Below, in pieces: positions 1 to 9,502 of a DNA stretch of 64,000 bases. Position 1 is the first letter of the stretch, and the number at the start of each line of letters is the position of its first letter. The notes below the pieces were generated by a model that saw nothing but the letters and a program-made list of their open reading frames with translations, was not told the DNA's origin and made no database searches. A program made the translations under genes and the position numbers. The stretch is taken from the sequence record MG383452; one strand, written 5' to 3'. Source of the stretch: Escherichia phage FEC14.

Positions 1-615
1 TATAATATTGATTAAACGCTCTATCTTGACATTAAACATTTGTTGAAACATGACTGAGTATAGACACAATTGAATACTATAATCTTCTATCATGCTTCGA
101 GTTTTTAGGGTGTTGGATGTTTTGAAATCGATTATGCTTGGAATTCCTTCGTAAACCCCGATGAGGTCAACACGACCAGCAAGACCCAGGACTTCGCTAT
201 ATAATGGAATCTCTTGTGCATATATCTTGCTCATTTTGTTAAGGTAGGGGAAAACCTGTTTGAACATAAACACGTATTCCCCTGCAGCTTCCAGAACTTC
301 CTTCATTGGTCTGTTTTTGAGATACAACTCACAAGCCAAATGAAGTTTTTCCCCACGGTCTGCGCAACGATGTGTTTCTATATCAGCAGCTTCATGTCCC
401 AACTTGTCCCGCCAGGCTTCTAACCATGTGTGGTCACCAGTACGCCCTAACATGGTCGTCACTGAAGTTAGTTTGACTCCAGTGGGGGAAACATAGTGAC
501 GACCATTTTCGGTAGTTACGCAAGTCAGTTCCTTAAACGGCAAGGAATATTGCTGAAATGTGTGATGACGATTTTCAAAGTCATTAAGTTTGCGCAAAGC
601 CTGTAGAGAAACCAT
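1..615 (-). CDS. PD-(D/E)XK-type nuclease-like protein, partial (C-terminus beyond window start)
   Basis: Minus-strand frame open from ATG at 615 to the window edge. My translation contains GRVDLIG...IIDFKTS, a D...(D/E)xK nuclease-like motif. Start overlaps the stop of the upstream gene (TAATG). Confidence 0.45.
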   Translation of the reverse strand, partial: MVSLQALRKLNDFENRHHTFQQYSLPFKELTCVTTENGRHYVSPTGVKLTSVTTMLGRTGDHTWLEAWRDKLGHEAADIETHRCADRGEKLHLACELYLKNRPMKEVLEAAGEYVFMFKQVFPYLNKMSKIYAQEIPLYSEVLGLAGRVDLIGVYEGIPSIIDFKTSNTLKTRSMIEDYSIQLCLYSVMFQQMFNVKIERLINII

Positions 616-1070
616 TACATCCCATCCAAATATTTTCGCCAATCAATAGCATTCTTCACTTCATATCCGAGTTTGTTCAAACGATCTAAGCAACTTTCGA
701 TGAACTTGACTTTGGCTTTCTGCTCTTGAAGCATGCTAGACAATTCGATATAATCATCATCTGCTTTTACCCATACGTCTATATCAGATTTCAGGGGGCG
801 AACTTTTAATGGACGTTCAACATAAACGTTGGGTGGCAATTCCCCTGCATAAAATCGGCGTAAATAGAGATCTATTTGGCGGAATTTGCCAGTTAGATAC
901 TCCAGATATCTTCCTTCACGAATATAATGGCGTTGCACAGTCATCCACGAACGACCAATTTTCAATGACATTTGGTCTAAGTTCATGTCTTCAGGATTTA
1001 CCGAAATAAGAGGCTCCAATTCTGCCATTATATCTTCGGTTTTCATCGTTTCAAGTTTTGTTTCGCTCAT
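615..1070 (-). CDS. hypothetical protein
   Basis: 151-aa ORF with ATG start and upstream AGGGAA; 1-nt stop/start overlap with the downstream gene. Confidence 0.5.
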   Translation of the reverse strand: MSETKLETMKTEDIMAELEPLISVNPEDMNLDQMSLKIGRSWMTVQRHYIREGRYLEYLTGKFRQIDLYLRRFYAGELPPNVYVERPLKVRPLKSDIDVWVKADDDYIELSSMLQEQKAKVKFIESCLDRLNKLGYEVKNAIDWRKYLDGM

Positions 1071-1123
1071 GATTTATTCCCTGCTGTTTCAACTCTCTGT
1101 ATTATAACTCTCTGTATTATAAC

Positions 1124-1621
1124 TTATTGTTTATCAATTTCGCGGGTGACGCGAGTCGGAGTCAGTTTCAAATATTTGAACGTGACAGTCGTGACCAGTT
1201 GGGGAACCGCAGCATCCACATCCACCAATACGTTGTCCAAAGCTGTGGGACGGGCTTCTTCCAACAACAATTGTAGACCAACAGGGCGATTCATGTTATT
1301 AAGAAGGTCGATGGTGATGTCACGGCTAACAGCTAAATCAGATCCAGCATTGGACGCAATCCAATTGTAAATCTGTTCCCAGTTGTACCAACTCTCATCG
1401 ATAACGAACGTAAATACGATGGGGTCATACGTGAGACGTTCTGAAGGTATGGAGTTGAGCACATCGCCAGGGGATGGACCCTCGATACCTTCAGAATACA
1501 CTCCAGGAATACTGAAGTCATGTATTGAACGAGTAAGCAATATCAGGTCTCCGATAGTTAAGCGCCATTTATCGGAAGCCGCGAAATTAGGATTTTCGTT
1601 TTTGAATTGTACACCTGTCAT
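1124..1621 (-). CDS. hypothetical protein
   Basis: 165-aa ORF, ATG with AAAGGTG RBS. Confidence 0.5.
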   Translation of the reverse strand: MTGVQFKNENPNFAASDKWRLTIGDLILLTRSIHDFSIPGVYSEGIEGPSPGDVLNSIPSERLTYDPIVFTFVIDESWYNWEQIYNWIASNAGSDLAVSRDITIDLLNNMNRPVGLQLLLEEARPTALDNVLVDVDAAVPQLVTTVTFKYLKLTPTRVTREIDKQ

Positions 1622-1684
1622 GTTAGCACCTTTGCTGTGGAGAACGTTTTAGTGTTCCTGACACGCGGATTCAGAAAATGGATC

Positions 1685-2305
1685 ATGACGATGATAATGG
1701 TGCTTGCACTCACAAGTTGCCGTATCTTTGTCACGTCCGTCATTTCTGTAACCGACCTCTGGGATCCTGAAATCAGAACCATACCTGTTAACATCTCAGC
1801 CGACATTGATAAATGCAATAAAAATATTCTGAATCAAGTAGTATCTGATTTTCAGAACTTTCAGACTCTTCAAGCTGTTGGTTGTTTTGATGATAACAAC
1901 CAGTCACTGAGACCATACTGGAAAACCACGATTCCCCTATTGAGGAAAGGTGACGAAGGAAAGATCCCATATCTATCCGCAAGTATTTATTACTCTCAGA
2001 ATAATAGCATCATAGCGACTTTCAACCCTTCTTTCTTTGACAAACTCAGAAGGAATACTCAAGCAAGGGACGTAGAAATCACCAGAGACGTTGCAATATC
2101 ATTTCAGATAGTTAATAACACCAAATCTCCGATCCGAATTGCCACTCAGGGTGTTTTCGTTAATGGATCTGCTGTAGGTAATGAAATGAACATCTATGAA
2201 ATAAGACCAGGCGGTAAAGTATGGATTCGAATGAGTGATGTTGGGGTGAACTCCCTGGTGATGGAAGGTATCGAACCAGTGGGAGTTCTCCCCGCTAGAC
2301 ATTGA
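1685..2305 (+). CDS. putative lipoprotein, encoded antisense to the surrounding late genes
   Basis: Only long ORF in 1622-2305. Internal ATG at 1685 gives MTMIMVLALTSC, a signal peptide ending in a lipobox-like LTSC. Track ORF starts earlier at 1607. Confidence 0.4.
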   Translation: MTMIMVLALTSCRIFVTSVISVTDLWDPEIRTIPVNISADIDKCNKNILNQVVSDFQNFQTLQAVGCFDDNNQSLRPYWKTTIPLLRKGDEGKIPYLSASIYYSQNNSIIATFNPSFFDKLRRNTQARDVEITRDVAISFQIVNNTKSPIRIATQGVFVNGSAVGNEMNIYEIRPGGKVWIRMSDVGVNSLVMEGIEPVGVLPARH

Positions 2306-3034
2306 TTATTTCAGGGACTCTTTTAATTCTGGAGTCCCTATTTTATCAATAACGCCTCCAGCACAGAGATCTTTGGCCCATTCTTCAAGAACATTCGCAA
2401 AAGAGAAGTTTAGACATTCTTTGATCATACTTTCAATATGAGCAAGTTCTGCAGCTATCCCATCGGTGATATCGTTTATAACTCCATTGACGGCGGTTAT
2501 TGCCTCATTGATATGTCCTGTTACTTCAGCAGCCAATTGCTGTAGTTTTGCCATCTCTTCTGAGGCACCTTCCATAATCATGTCATACAATTCCGATATC
2601 TTGTTTGTTACGGTCTGTAGAGCACCTTCCATAGCATTCAGCCATTGGCGTCCTAAATCCTGAACAACACCAAAAGCCTTGTTGATCAAATCACAATTGT
2701 TTGGCTCTCGTGATATACCCTTCAGACCTGATTTGTATGACACGGAAGTACCGATGCGAGAATACGCGTCATTGATACTTTGGTCGCCATATGTGTTCAG
2801 TGTCGTTATCCCCGTGTTGGCGGTGCTATACATGGTGGTGGCTGCTGTGAGTTTTTCTGGTGTTAGTCCACCAGCCGCCATAGCCGCCTGCATCTCCGGA
2901 GTCGCGTTGGCAGTTATCAATGGTATATTGGTACTACCACTGGTGATTAAATCCTGTGAGGGTCCGGAGAGGGACGGAAGCGGGTTGCTAAATGCATTAC
3001 CAGAGGAAAGGACATCGTAGATTTGTGCGTTCAT
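2306..3034 (-). CDS. hypothetical virion-associated protein
   Basis: 242-aa ORF with ATG start, preceded by a late-promoter-like box and hairpin. Confidence 0.5.
   Translation of the reverse strand: MNAQIYDVLSSGNAFSNPLPSLSGPSQDLITSGSTNIPLITANATPEMQAAMAAGGLTPEKLTAATTMYSTANTGITTLNTYGDQSINDAYSRIGTSVSYKSGLKGISREPNNCDLINKAFGVVQDLGRQWLNAMEGALQTVTNKISELYDMIMEGASEEMAKLQQLAAEVTGHINEAITAVNGVINDITDGIAAELAHIESMIKECLNFSFANVLEEWAKDLCAGGVIDKIGTPELKESLK
2313..2339. terminator. bidirectional hairpin between convergent genes
   Basis: Inverted repeat agggactc / gagtccct flanked by T-rich tracts, between the 1685..2305 (+) and 2306..3034 (-) gene ends. Confidence 0.4.
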
Positions 3035-3062
3035 AAAATACCCCCAATTTTGGGGGTATTTA
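3033..3062 (-). promoter_or_regulatory. late-promoter-like box (TATAAATAcccc) plus 5' hairpin ending in GGGGGTATTTT before ATG
   Basis: Minus strand reads ccgtgatTATAAATAcccccaaaattgggggtatttt-ATG; inverted repeat aaataccccc / gggggtattt. Confidence 0.45.
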
Positions 3063-3270
3063 TAATCACGGAAGATGATAGATAAAATTCTCGCAGAACT
3101 TTTTGGTGTATTTCTTTAGAAATATAAATTTAGGTTCGCGTGGTGTATCTTTCAGATCATTTAGTGTGATATAACTGATTCGCGCCAGAAAGTACATGGT
3201 AAAAGCGACACAAAGAATCAAAATTAATTGCAGCATAGCTAACTCCATATGGGTGTGAAGGCAAACATAT

Positions 3271-3693
3271 TTATAACAATCGTTTGGTTTTGGGTTTGCC
3301 CATGAGAGTGATATTGACATTGACACCTGCTTTTTTCATGCGGGTAATCATGTCTTGCGTCCCAGTAGACGAACCATCCCATAATGCAATTCCAAAGACC
3401 TCAAGACCTTTTTGTTTGGCCAGGGTTGTAGCTTTGTCTAACATATCTTTGTTACGTTGGTTTCCTGCGCCTTTCCCATATATCGTGTGATAATTCTTAG
3501 GGATCTCCATTGGTGTAACATGAACATAATTGATTTCACACCAATCACGAGATATCAAGTCCACACCAACCGCTTCACCTTCTATAAAAGTTTCGATCTC
3601 GTGGGGATCTAACAGTTCATCCAGTTTGGCGAAGATTTTATCCCGCTCGGTTATTGAGCGGGAACCTGTAATGAGCACGACATATTTCTTCAT
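3271..3693 (-). CDS. hypothetical protein, possibly SLOG/DUF2493-like nucleotide-binding fold
   Basis: 141 aa from the internal ATG (track ORF starts at 3738). Pattern VVLITGSRS...GIALWDGSSTGT recalls Rossmann-like SLOG proteins. Weak call. Confidence 0.3.
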   Translation of the reverse strand: MKKYVVLITGSRSITERDKIFAKLDELLDPHEIETFIEGEAVGVDLISRDWCEINYVHVTPMEIPKNYHTIYGKGAGNQRNKDMLDKATTLAKQKGLEVFGIALWDGSSTGTQDMITRMKKAGVNVNITLMGKPKTKRLL

Positions 3694-3698
3694 AGAAC

Positions 3699-4016
3699 TC
3701 ACAGCGCCCCAAGATTGCTGATGACGTACAGGCTGCACAAGGGAGTCCCTGATGAACGAGGTTCTATGCTCATTCCCGAGAGGCGGATCAGTTCCAGCAA
3801 ACCGTCGGTGGTCTGATACGCACGAGTCGAACCGTTTGGACGATATAGCTCCAACTCGGTTCGCCCTTCCTTTAATGCGTTACGGATGCGAGTGAACACA
3901 CTGTGGGCTTGATATTTTTGACGTAGAATATCTAAACGGGTGATGAGATTTCGACTGCGGCTGCGACGTCCCGTTGACGAAACAACTAATTTCATTTCTG
4001 GTGTTTTACAAGCCAT
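3699..4016 (-). CDS. hypothetical protein (Arg-rich)
   Basis: 105-aa ORF, ATG with GAGGA RBS. Confidence 0.5.
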   Translation of the reverse strand: MACKTPEMKLVVSSTGRRSRSRNLITRLDILRQKYQAHSVFTRIRNALKEGRTELELYRPNGSTRAYQTTDGLLELIRLSGMSIEPRSSGTPLCSLYVISNLGAL

Positions 4017-4084
4017 GTTATAGTCCTCTATTTGTAGGGGTCGGGTATGATTTTAACATACCCGTTCAAATGGTTTAGAACAAA

Positions 4085-4549
4085 TTACAGATCTTGGCAC
4101 TGATCGCAATATTCGTCGTATGTGAATGTCTCATCACACAGACCGTCACGCATCATATTGGCCTTGGCTTCGCCAAATATTTTCAGGGTGATAACGTTGC
4201 CGCCTAAATCTTTACGAAGTTCGTTCGGCTTGGTTTCTATGAAGTCGAACACCACAAAGAACCCTTCGGTGACATATTTGATGGTTTTGTTGCTCAGCTT
4301 ACGAATGCCACCGTTCTTTTTGAAGATAGAGGTGCGGAGGTTTTCGAATTCAGCCAGGTTGTCATCGTGATTCTTGATAGCGTTCAGCATTGCGTCAAGG
4401 TCGATTTCAGGACGAAGCATTTTGACCTGATCTTCGCGGTCATAAGAAGTGAAAGATTCTATGTTGGTGATGCCCAGAGCGTTCTTAACAAACGCGTCAA
4501 ATTTGGTGAAATTGTTGAATGCCCAGACGGAGATTTTTACGGTTGTCAT
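4085..4549 (-). CDS. hypothetical protein
   Basis: 154-aa ORF, ATG with GAAGGAA RBS. Confidence 0.5.
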   Translation of the reverse strand: MTTVKISVWAFNNFTKFDAFVKNALGITNIESFTSYDREDQVKMLRPEIDLDAMLNAIKNHDDNLAEFENLRTSIFKKNGGIRKLSNKTIKYVTEGFFVVFDFIETKPNELRKDLGGNVITLKIFGEAKANMMRDGLCDETFTYDEYCDQCQDL

Positions 4550-4652
4550 GGTGTAGTTCCTTCATTTCAGAGTCAGTGTTGTGCTGCTTATGGAATGAAG
4601 TATACGGGGTTTATTGAAGAAGTAAACCCCGTTTATTGAATAAATTTTAAAT

Positions 4653-4889
4653 TTATTTGAAGCGATCAGGAAGAGTGTCGTGAACCTCAGCGCTCAGCAC
4701 CAGGAACTTGCCGTCTTTAGTAGGGAAGCAGTAGTCTTTCTTGATGTGGCGCATGTGTTCAGCCGTAGCCGCTACACAGTCGTTAGTCACGTCGGTCTTC
4801 TCACCTACCCACATACTGGTTTTGGTATTCAATGTACCTTGGAAGATAGTGCCCGTCAACGGGCTTGCTCCAATCTTTTTGATTCTCAT
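4653..4889 (-). CDS. hypothetical protein
   Basis: Start moved to the internal ATG with GGGAGA RBS; ATGA overlap with the stop of the upstream gene. Confidence 0.45.
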   Translation of the reverse strand: MRIKKIGASPLTGTIFQGTLNTKTSMWVGEKTDVTNDCVAATAEHMRHIKKDYCFPTKDGKFLVLSAEVHDTLPDRFK

Positions 4890-5260
4890 AATTTCTCCCA
4901 AGTCCATGTTTGCGCCTTGGCTTTTCCGACTACTGGAACGTTACGGTGCATGTTTCTGAAGCTGCCTGTCTGATAAAAACAGATCCTGATGCGTTCATTT
5001 TCGGTATGCTGTGCCCAAACATGATGACCGTCTGGGTATGGGTCGTGACCAGCGCTACCTCCTTGTAGAGCTGTTTTGGTAACGACATAATGCCCTTGCA
5101 TGTAACCGAAGAATCCCTCAGGGGTGATATAACCAGAGTCCGTTTGCCAATCTCCCTTGCAATTAGAATACAAGAAATGCTTAGGCACCTGAGTTTCAAT
5201 GGTCATTTCTTCTGTGAGAACGAACACATCGCCGACTTGAAGCAGTGGTAAATTGCTCAT
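4886..5260 (-). CDS. hypothetical protein
   Basis: 124-aa ORF, ATG start. Confidence 0.5.
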   Translation of the reverse strand: MSNLPLLQVGDVFVLTEEMTIETQVPKHFLYSNCKGDWQTDSGYITPEGFFGYMQGHYVVTKTALQGGSAGHDPYPDGHHVWAQHTENERIRICFYQTGSFRNMHRNVPVVGKAKAQTWTWEKL

Positions 5261-5271
5261 ATATTAATCTC

Positions 5272-5718
5272 TCACATGTTGCTGATTTTAAATAAAGTCG
5301 GAACATAGCACGGGTGTTGTTCACAGGACATGAAGGTATCAAAACGGGAACCTTTAACCAAGCCAGGCAGTTCGCCTTTCTTCAGGAGATCACGCACTAA
5401 CTCTTGCGTGTCATACCAACTTTTTGCTGGATTGGATTGGGCTTCTGAAACTCGGATTTTCAACTCCCCAGTCGAATAATATTTACCGCTTTCCTTCATA
5501 TAATAAAGGTTGACGGTCAGATATTGAGGAGAATCTATTTCTTCCCAACCGTTATCAACCAAGTCTTGGCGGTCATTGTCGTGACTTTGATAATCAATGT
5601 CACCGCTGGCCAATTTATAGCATTTGAAAATGCGAAAACCTTCGATAGGTGTATCGATGTCGCTACGAAAAAACTGGGAACGTCCTGGACTAATAAAGAT
5701 ATAATTTTGTTTAGACAT
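5272..5718 (-). CDS. hypothetical protein
   Basis: 148-aa ORF, ATG start. Confidence 0.5.
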   Translation of the reverse strand: MSKQNYIFISPGRSQFFRSDIDTPIEGFRIFKCYKLASGDIDYQSHDNDRQDLVDNGWEEIDSPQYLTVNLYYMKESGKYYSTGELKIRVSEAQSNPAKSWYDTQELVRDLLKKGELPGLVKGSRFDTFMSCEQHPCYVPTLFKISNM

Positions 5719-5793
5719 GATGTAGTTCTCTCTTCAAAGTGTTATGTTGTGACAGTTGGGTAATGATGGTTCATTACCCATTTATTGAAAACA

Positions 5794-6108
5794 TTAACAA
5801 TTATCTTTAGACTCGTCTTCACAATTTGGGTGATAAAACGTTCCCAGTTTAGTATGGATGACGTCCATGTGAGCATTGATTCTATCGATGAAATCGTCCT
5901 GCTCTCCTTGTATGTTAAGGATAGCACCAACAAGACCTGGATTGTGTGTTGATTTTTCTTCAGAATCAGATTCGGGAAATTCACCATCTAATTGTCGACG
6001 AATATTGATCACATTAGTGAGGATGTCAAAAAGACGTTCTTTTTGGGTGCGGGAATTAATGAGGATTTGTGACACGGATTGTTCAGAGGTAATATTTCGG
6101 GTTGTCAT
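5794..6108 (-). CDS. hypothetical protein
   Basis: 104-aa ORF, ATG with AGGAG RBS. Confidence 0.5.
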   Translation of the reverse strand: MTTRNITSEQSVSQILINSRTQKERLFDILTNVINIRRQLDGEFPESDSEEKSTHNPGLVGAILNIQGEQDDFIDRINAHMDVIHTKLGTFYHPNCEDESKDNC

Positions 6109-6195
6109 GACTGATACTCCTGTTGTAAGAAAGTTATATCGTACAACAGGAATTGTTATTGAACTATTCGCGTATTAAATCGTTACGATAAACAA

Positions 6196-6432
6196 TCACG
6201 TATTTTGAGAAACATATTTCAGATATGCGTATTTGTAACCTTCCTCGGTGAGTACACACAGATGTGTATCTCGACCTTTTGGTACGTTTTTAACATCAAC
6301 TCGTTTACAAAACCCCAGGGAGGCCAATTCGGCTTCTCCAGATTTAGCAGGTATTTCCCCAGCTTCACGAGGTCCAAACCAGAAAAGAACGAATAGAGTA
6401 TCGACTGCACCGCCAGATAATTGATGAGACAT
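6196..6432 (-). CDS. hypothetical protein
   Basis: Track ORF 6196..6516 trimmed to the internal ATG preceded by AAGGAGGT; the longer version would run through the terminator hairpin. Confidence 0.45.
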   Translation of the reverse strand: MSHQLSGGAVDTLFVLFWFGPREAGEIPAKSGEAELASLGFCKRVDVKNVPKGRDTHLCVLTEEGYKYAYLKYVSQNT

Positions 6433-6480
6433 TTTAACCTCCTTTGATAAATGAGGCTTTATTATCTTACATATCCCTAT

Positions 6481-6508
6481 AAAGAAAAACCCCGCCGAAG
6501 CGGGGTTT
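6481..6508 (-). terminator. rho-independent terminator downstream of the capsid gene
   Basis: GC hairpin accccgc-cgaa-gcggggt followed by a T-tract on the minus strand. The same hairpin sequence recurs near 12845 and 33080. Confidence 0.6.
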
Positions 6509-6526
6509 GTTATCAAAACCTGTCGC

Positions 6527-7849
6527 TTAGAACAGAGATTTGATCAGACCTTTGCGGAAATACGGGTTGCTGTCTTGAGCAATACCGTCAGCAGTCACGT
6601 AAACCTGCGGGTCTTGGTTAGCCGGAATCTGTACGAACGGGTTAGCACAGATGCCGTAACGGGTTTTGAACGCCATACGCGGAGCGAAGGTGGTTTCACC
6701 CTGGGTGCGGTACATTTCCAGCGGCACATACGGTGCGAAGAAGATACCGGCATCCAGCGCAGTTGCGCCTTTGTATGCCAGGGTGATATATTCTGCTACA
6801 GCATACGGGTCAACATAGACGCGCATGCCGTTGGACAGAACACCAGCGAAGGTCTGGCCAGTCGGGTCAACAGCCAGTTTAGTGTTTTCCTGCAGAACCG
6901 GAGCATAGTCCAGCATGCCAGACATCGCCAGAGCGGATGCCACGTTCGGAGAACACAGAACACGGTTGCCTTTACCACGACGGGTGTCAACACCGATACC
7001 GTTCGCTTCAACTTCCAGCATGAAAGTCAGGAACTTCCATTTTTCCAGCGCCCAACGACCGGAGATGTCCTGCGCGATATCAACAACACCGTTGGTGCCG
7101 AATTTTTTGAAGCGAACAGCACTGAAGTTCATGGTACGGATGAATTCACGGTTCATTTCCGCCTGAATTTCAGTTACCATCACGTCAGACAGGATATTAT
7201 CCACGTCTTCGCCGTGAATTGCCATCATGTCCTGACGCAGTTCATGGCTGTAATCAGCGTACAGGCCGCGAGACTTGGCAGTAACAGTCGCTTTCTGAAC
7301 AGTGATACCAACACGCGCCCAAGGGTTGGTGGTAGTACCCAGCAGTTCAGCATCACTTGACGGCATACCTTTACCGATAGTGGTCACGCCAGAGCCGGAA
7401 CCTTCGATCTCAGCCTGACTAAAGCCAGACGGGTCGCCAGCCTGTACAGTACCATCACCGGAATAGCCGGAATCGGCTTCCTGCATGAACAGTTCTTTAC
7501 GAGACTGTGCGGTGTTGGAACTGTCACCAACGCCCTGGCGAGCGCGCAGTGCAAAGATCTGACCGTCAGGACCAGACAGCGGCTGAACACCGAAGAAGTC
7601 CATCGCGATGTTGATCGGCGCCAGACGTTTTGCCATGTCGATCAGAACTGGCTGCCATTTACCGACAGTGCTGTTCACAGAACCAGGTGCGTCAGATTCG
7701 CCCAGGTTTTTTGCGTTCCATTCAGCCTGGTTCTGCATCAGACGGATGGTTACGTTTTCGGCAGACAGAGGTTGAATAGCTTCAGATTCTTTTTGGAGAA
7801 CTGGCAGCCACTGTTTGCGCATTTCTTCGGTTACAAGTTTCTTAGTCAT
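6527..7849 (-). CDS. major capsid protein (T4 gp23-like)
   Basis: 440-aa ORF immediately downstream of the scaffold/protease/portal block, in T4 gene order; GGAACGAG RBS; followed by a strong terminator. Confidence 0.7.
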   Translation of the reverse strand: MTKKLVTEEMRKQWLPVLQKESEAIQPLSAENVTIRLMQNQAEWNAKNLGESDAPGSVNSTVGKWQPVLIDMAKRLAPINIAMDFFGVQPLSGPDGQIFALRARQGVGDSSNTAQSRKELFMQEADSGYSGDGTVQAGDPSGFSQAEIEGSGSGVTTIGKGMPSSDAELLGTTTNPWARVGITVQKATVTAKSRGLYADYSHELRQDMMAIHGEDVDNILSDVMVTEIQAEMNREFIRTMNFSAVRFKKFGTNGVVDIAQDISGRWALEKWKFLTFMLEVEANGIGVDTRRGKGNRVLCSPNVASALAMSGMLDYAPVLQENTKLAVDPTGQTFAGVLSNGMRVYVDPYAVAEYITLAYKGATALDAGIFFAPYVPLEMYRTQGETTFAPRMAFKTRYGICANPFVQIPANQDPQVYVTADGIAQDSNPYFRKGLIKSLF

Positions 7850-7940
7850 GATGCTCGTTCCTTACATTGATATTCAGTTAAGTTGAAATTACTTAGTAGT
7901 TCAAAATCAAGCCCCCTTTCGAGGGCTGTGGCTGCTAAAA

Positions 7941-8780
7941 TTAGCCGTTCAGCAAAGCACTGATCTGGCGACGGACGGCTTCGTTGACTTCTTTGCCAAC
8001 TTCGTCTTTGTCGTCATCGTCATCGTCATCATCGTCGGCTTCACCTTCTTTCTTCGGTTTTTTACCTTCTTTGATGTCTTTTTCAGACTTGTCGCCATCC
8101 GGCTTGCCTTTTTCATTGTCTTTGCCGACTTTATCAGAGAAGTCATCTTTGCCTTCTACCAGGTTACGGAAGGTGCGCACACGGGATTCAAATTCAGACT
8201 CGGTCTGGAATTCAATACCTTCCAGCAGGTTGACAACAGTGTCTTTCTTGGTGTCAACCATGCCTTCACAAATGCGATCAATTACGTCGGTGCGCTGGCG
8301 TTTAGTCTCGCTTTCTTTGAGCTGAGCCAACTCTGTATTAGCCATATTGGCGCGTTGTTCTGCTTCAGCAAGGCGACTGGTGAGGGCGGCAATCTGACCG
8401 TCTGGGTCAGTAGCGAAACTCACACCTGCTTCTTTCAGCACGTTGGAGAAACCAGTGAGGAAGCGTTCAGCAGCTTCAGTTTTGATCTGAGCGTCAATAG
8501 CTGGGGCATTTTTGTTAGCCCATTCTTCAACCACCGCGTTGAGGAATGAGTCAACTTTCCCAGCCAATTGCAGAATGAAATTTTCTTTCAGGTCGGCGAT
8601 TTCTTTCTGGTGAGATTCTACCAAATTCAGGCGCTCGACGTTGCCAGCTGCTTCGGTTTCTTGGATAGCTTTCAGACGAGCCGCTTCAACTTTCGATTCC
8701 AGCAAATTGGATACTTTATCCAGGAAATCTGGGCTGATGCCGTTAACGCCTTCAAACAGATTTTGCAATTCAGGTTTCAT
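7941..8780 (-). CDS. prohead scaffold/core protein (T4 gp22-like)
   Basis: 279 aa, highly charged, with a poly-Asp tract (ADDDDDDDDKDE), located between protease and capsid genes. Confidence 0.6.
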   Translation of the reverse strand: MKPELQNLFEGVNGISPDFLDKVSNLLESKVEAARLKAIQETEAAGNVERLNLVESHQKEIADLKENFILQLAGKVDSFLNAVVEEWANKNAPAIDAQIKTEAAERFLTGFSNVLKEAGVSFATDPDGQIAALTSRLAEAEQRANMANTELAQLKESETKRQRTDVIDRICEGMVDTKKDTVVNLLEGIEFQTESEFESRVRTFRNLVEGKDDFSDKVGKDNEKGKPDGDKSEKDIKEGKKPKKEGEADDDDDDDDDKDEVGKEVNEAVRRQISALLNG

Positions 8781-8808
8781 GATAGTTTCCTTCTGAACGA
8801 TTTTTCAG

Positions 8809-8815
8809 TATTTAG
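8809..8815 (-). promoter_or_regulatory. late-promoter-like CTAAATA box
   Basis: Minus strand reads ctcaCTAAATActg about 30 nt upstream of the scaffold ATG. Confidence 0.4.
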
Positions 8816-8826
8816 TGAGCTGAAAT

Positions 8827-9495
8827 TCAGCCCAGATGATTCAATGCTGCATCAAGGCGGCGCAGGAAATCGTCTTCAACCTGGATATTGGTTTTCACCA
8901 ACTGGTCTACAACTTTCCCTTTAACATCACGAGGCATCCAAATACCCGAAGCCTCATCAAGCTGCCATTCAACAGATTCACTCACAGCCTTAACATAACA
9001 AACTTGTCCAGAAGGACGGTCGACTGCATCAACAGCGGTGAGCATAAAGCCAGGCTGAACGTCATCATAACCGTTTACTGACTTGGTCTCACCCAGGCCA
9101 CGTGTAGACACGGCCAGATTGAAGTCTGCTTCGGCCAATGCACGTATGATTTGGCCTTTTGGTGTATTTAAAATTCGCGCCCGACCGATGGCATTAGTGC
9201 CTTCCCAGCGAAGGGATTCGGTTTTGAGCGCTGCTTCCACCAGATTAGGGAAAGGATAGTCAGGATGTGTGACTTCACCGATTGCGCGACGATCTTGGAT
9301 ATACTCTTTGTCGTATGCTTCGACAGCAGGAATACCCACTTTCTGCAGATCATAGTTACGCCCGTTACGGTTGACTTGGTTACACATCACAAACGGACCT
9401 TCGATGAACATGGCCTTCCCACCAGTTGAGGTTGTGGCCTCACCGATTTGAAGATCCTTCCCTATCGCTGTGATCTCACGCAACAGTTTCATCAT
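8827..9495 (-). CDS. prohead protease (T4 gp21-like)
   Basis: 222 aa, position between portal/core and scaffold genes as in T4; AAGGAG RBS. Confidence 0.6.
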   Translation of the reverse strand: MMKLLREITAIGKDLQIGEATTSTGGKAMFIEGPFVMCNQVNRNGRNYDLQKVGIPAVEAYDKEYIQDRRAIGEVTHPDYPFPNLVEAALKTESLRWEGTNAIGRARILNTPKGQIIRALAEADFNLAVSTRGLGETKSVNGYDDVQPGFMLTAVDAVDRPSGQVCYVKAVSESVEWQLDEASGIWMPRDVKGKVVDQLVKTNIQVEDDFLRRLDAALNHLG

Positions 9496-9502
9496 AAACT
9501 CC

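Noticed and set aside
6575-7360. 261-aa plus-strand ORF inside the major capsid gene
   Set aside because: It lies entirely antisense to a well-supported structural gene, has no RBS and a low-complexity Arg/His/Val-rich translation; treated as a shadow ORF.
7984-8325. Ser-rich 113-aa plus-strand ORF
   Set aside because: It is the antisense image of the poly-Asp/Glu region of the scaffold gene (GAC/GAA repeats read as Ser codons on the other strand).
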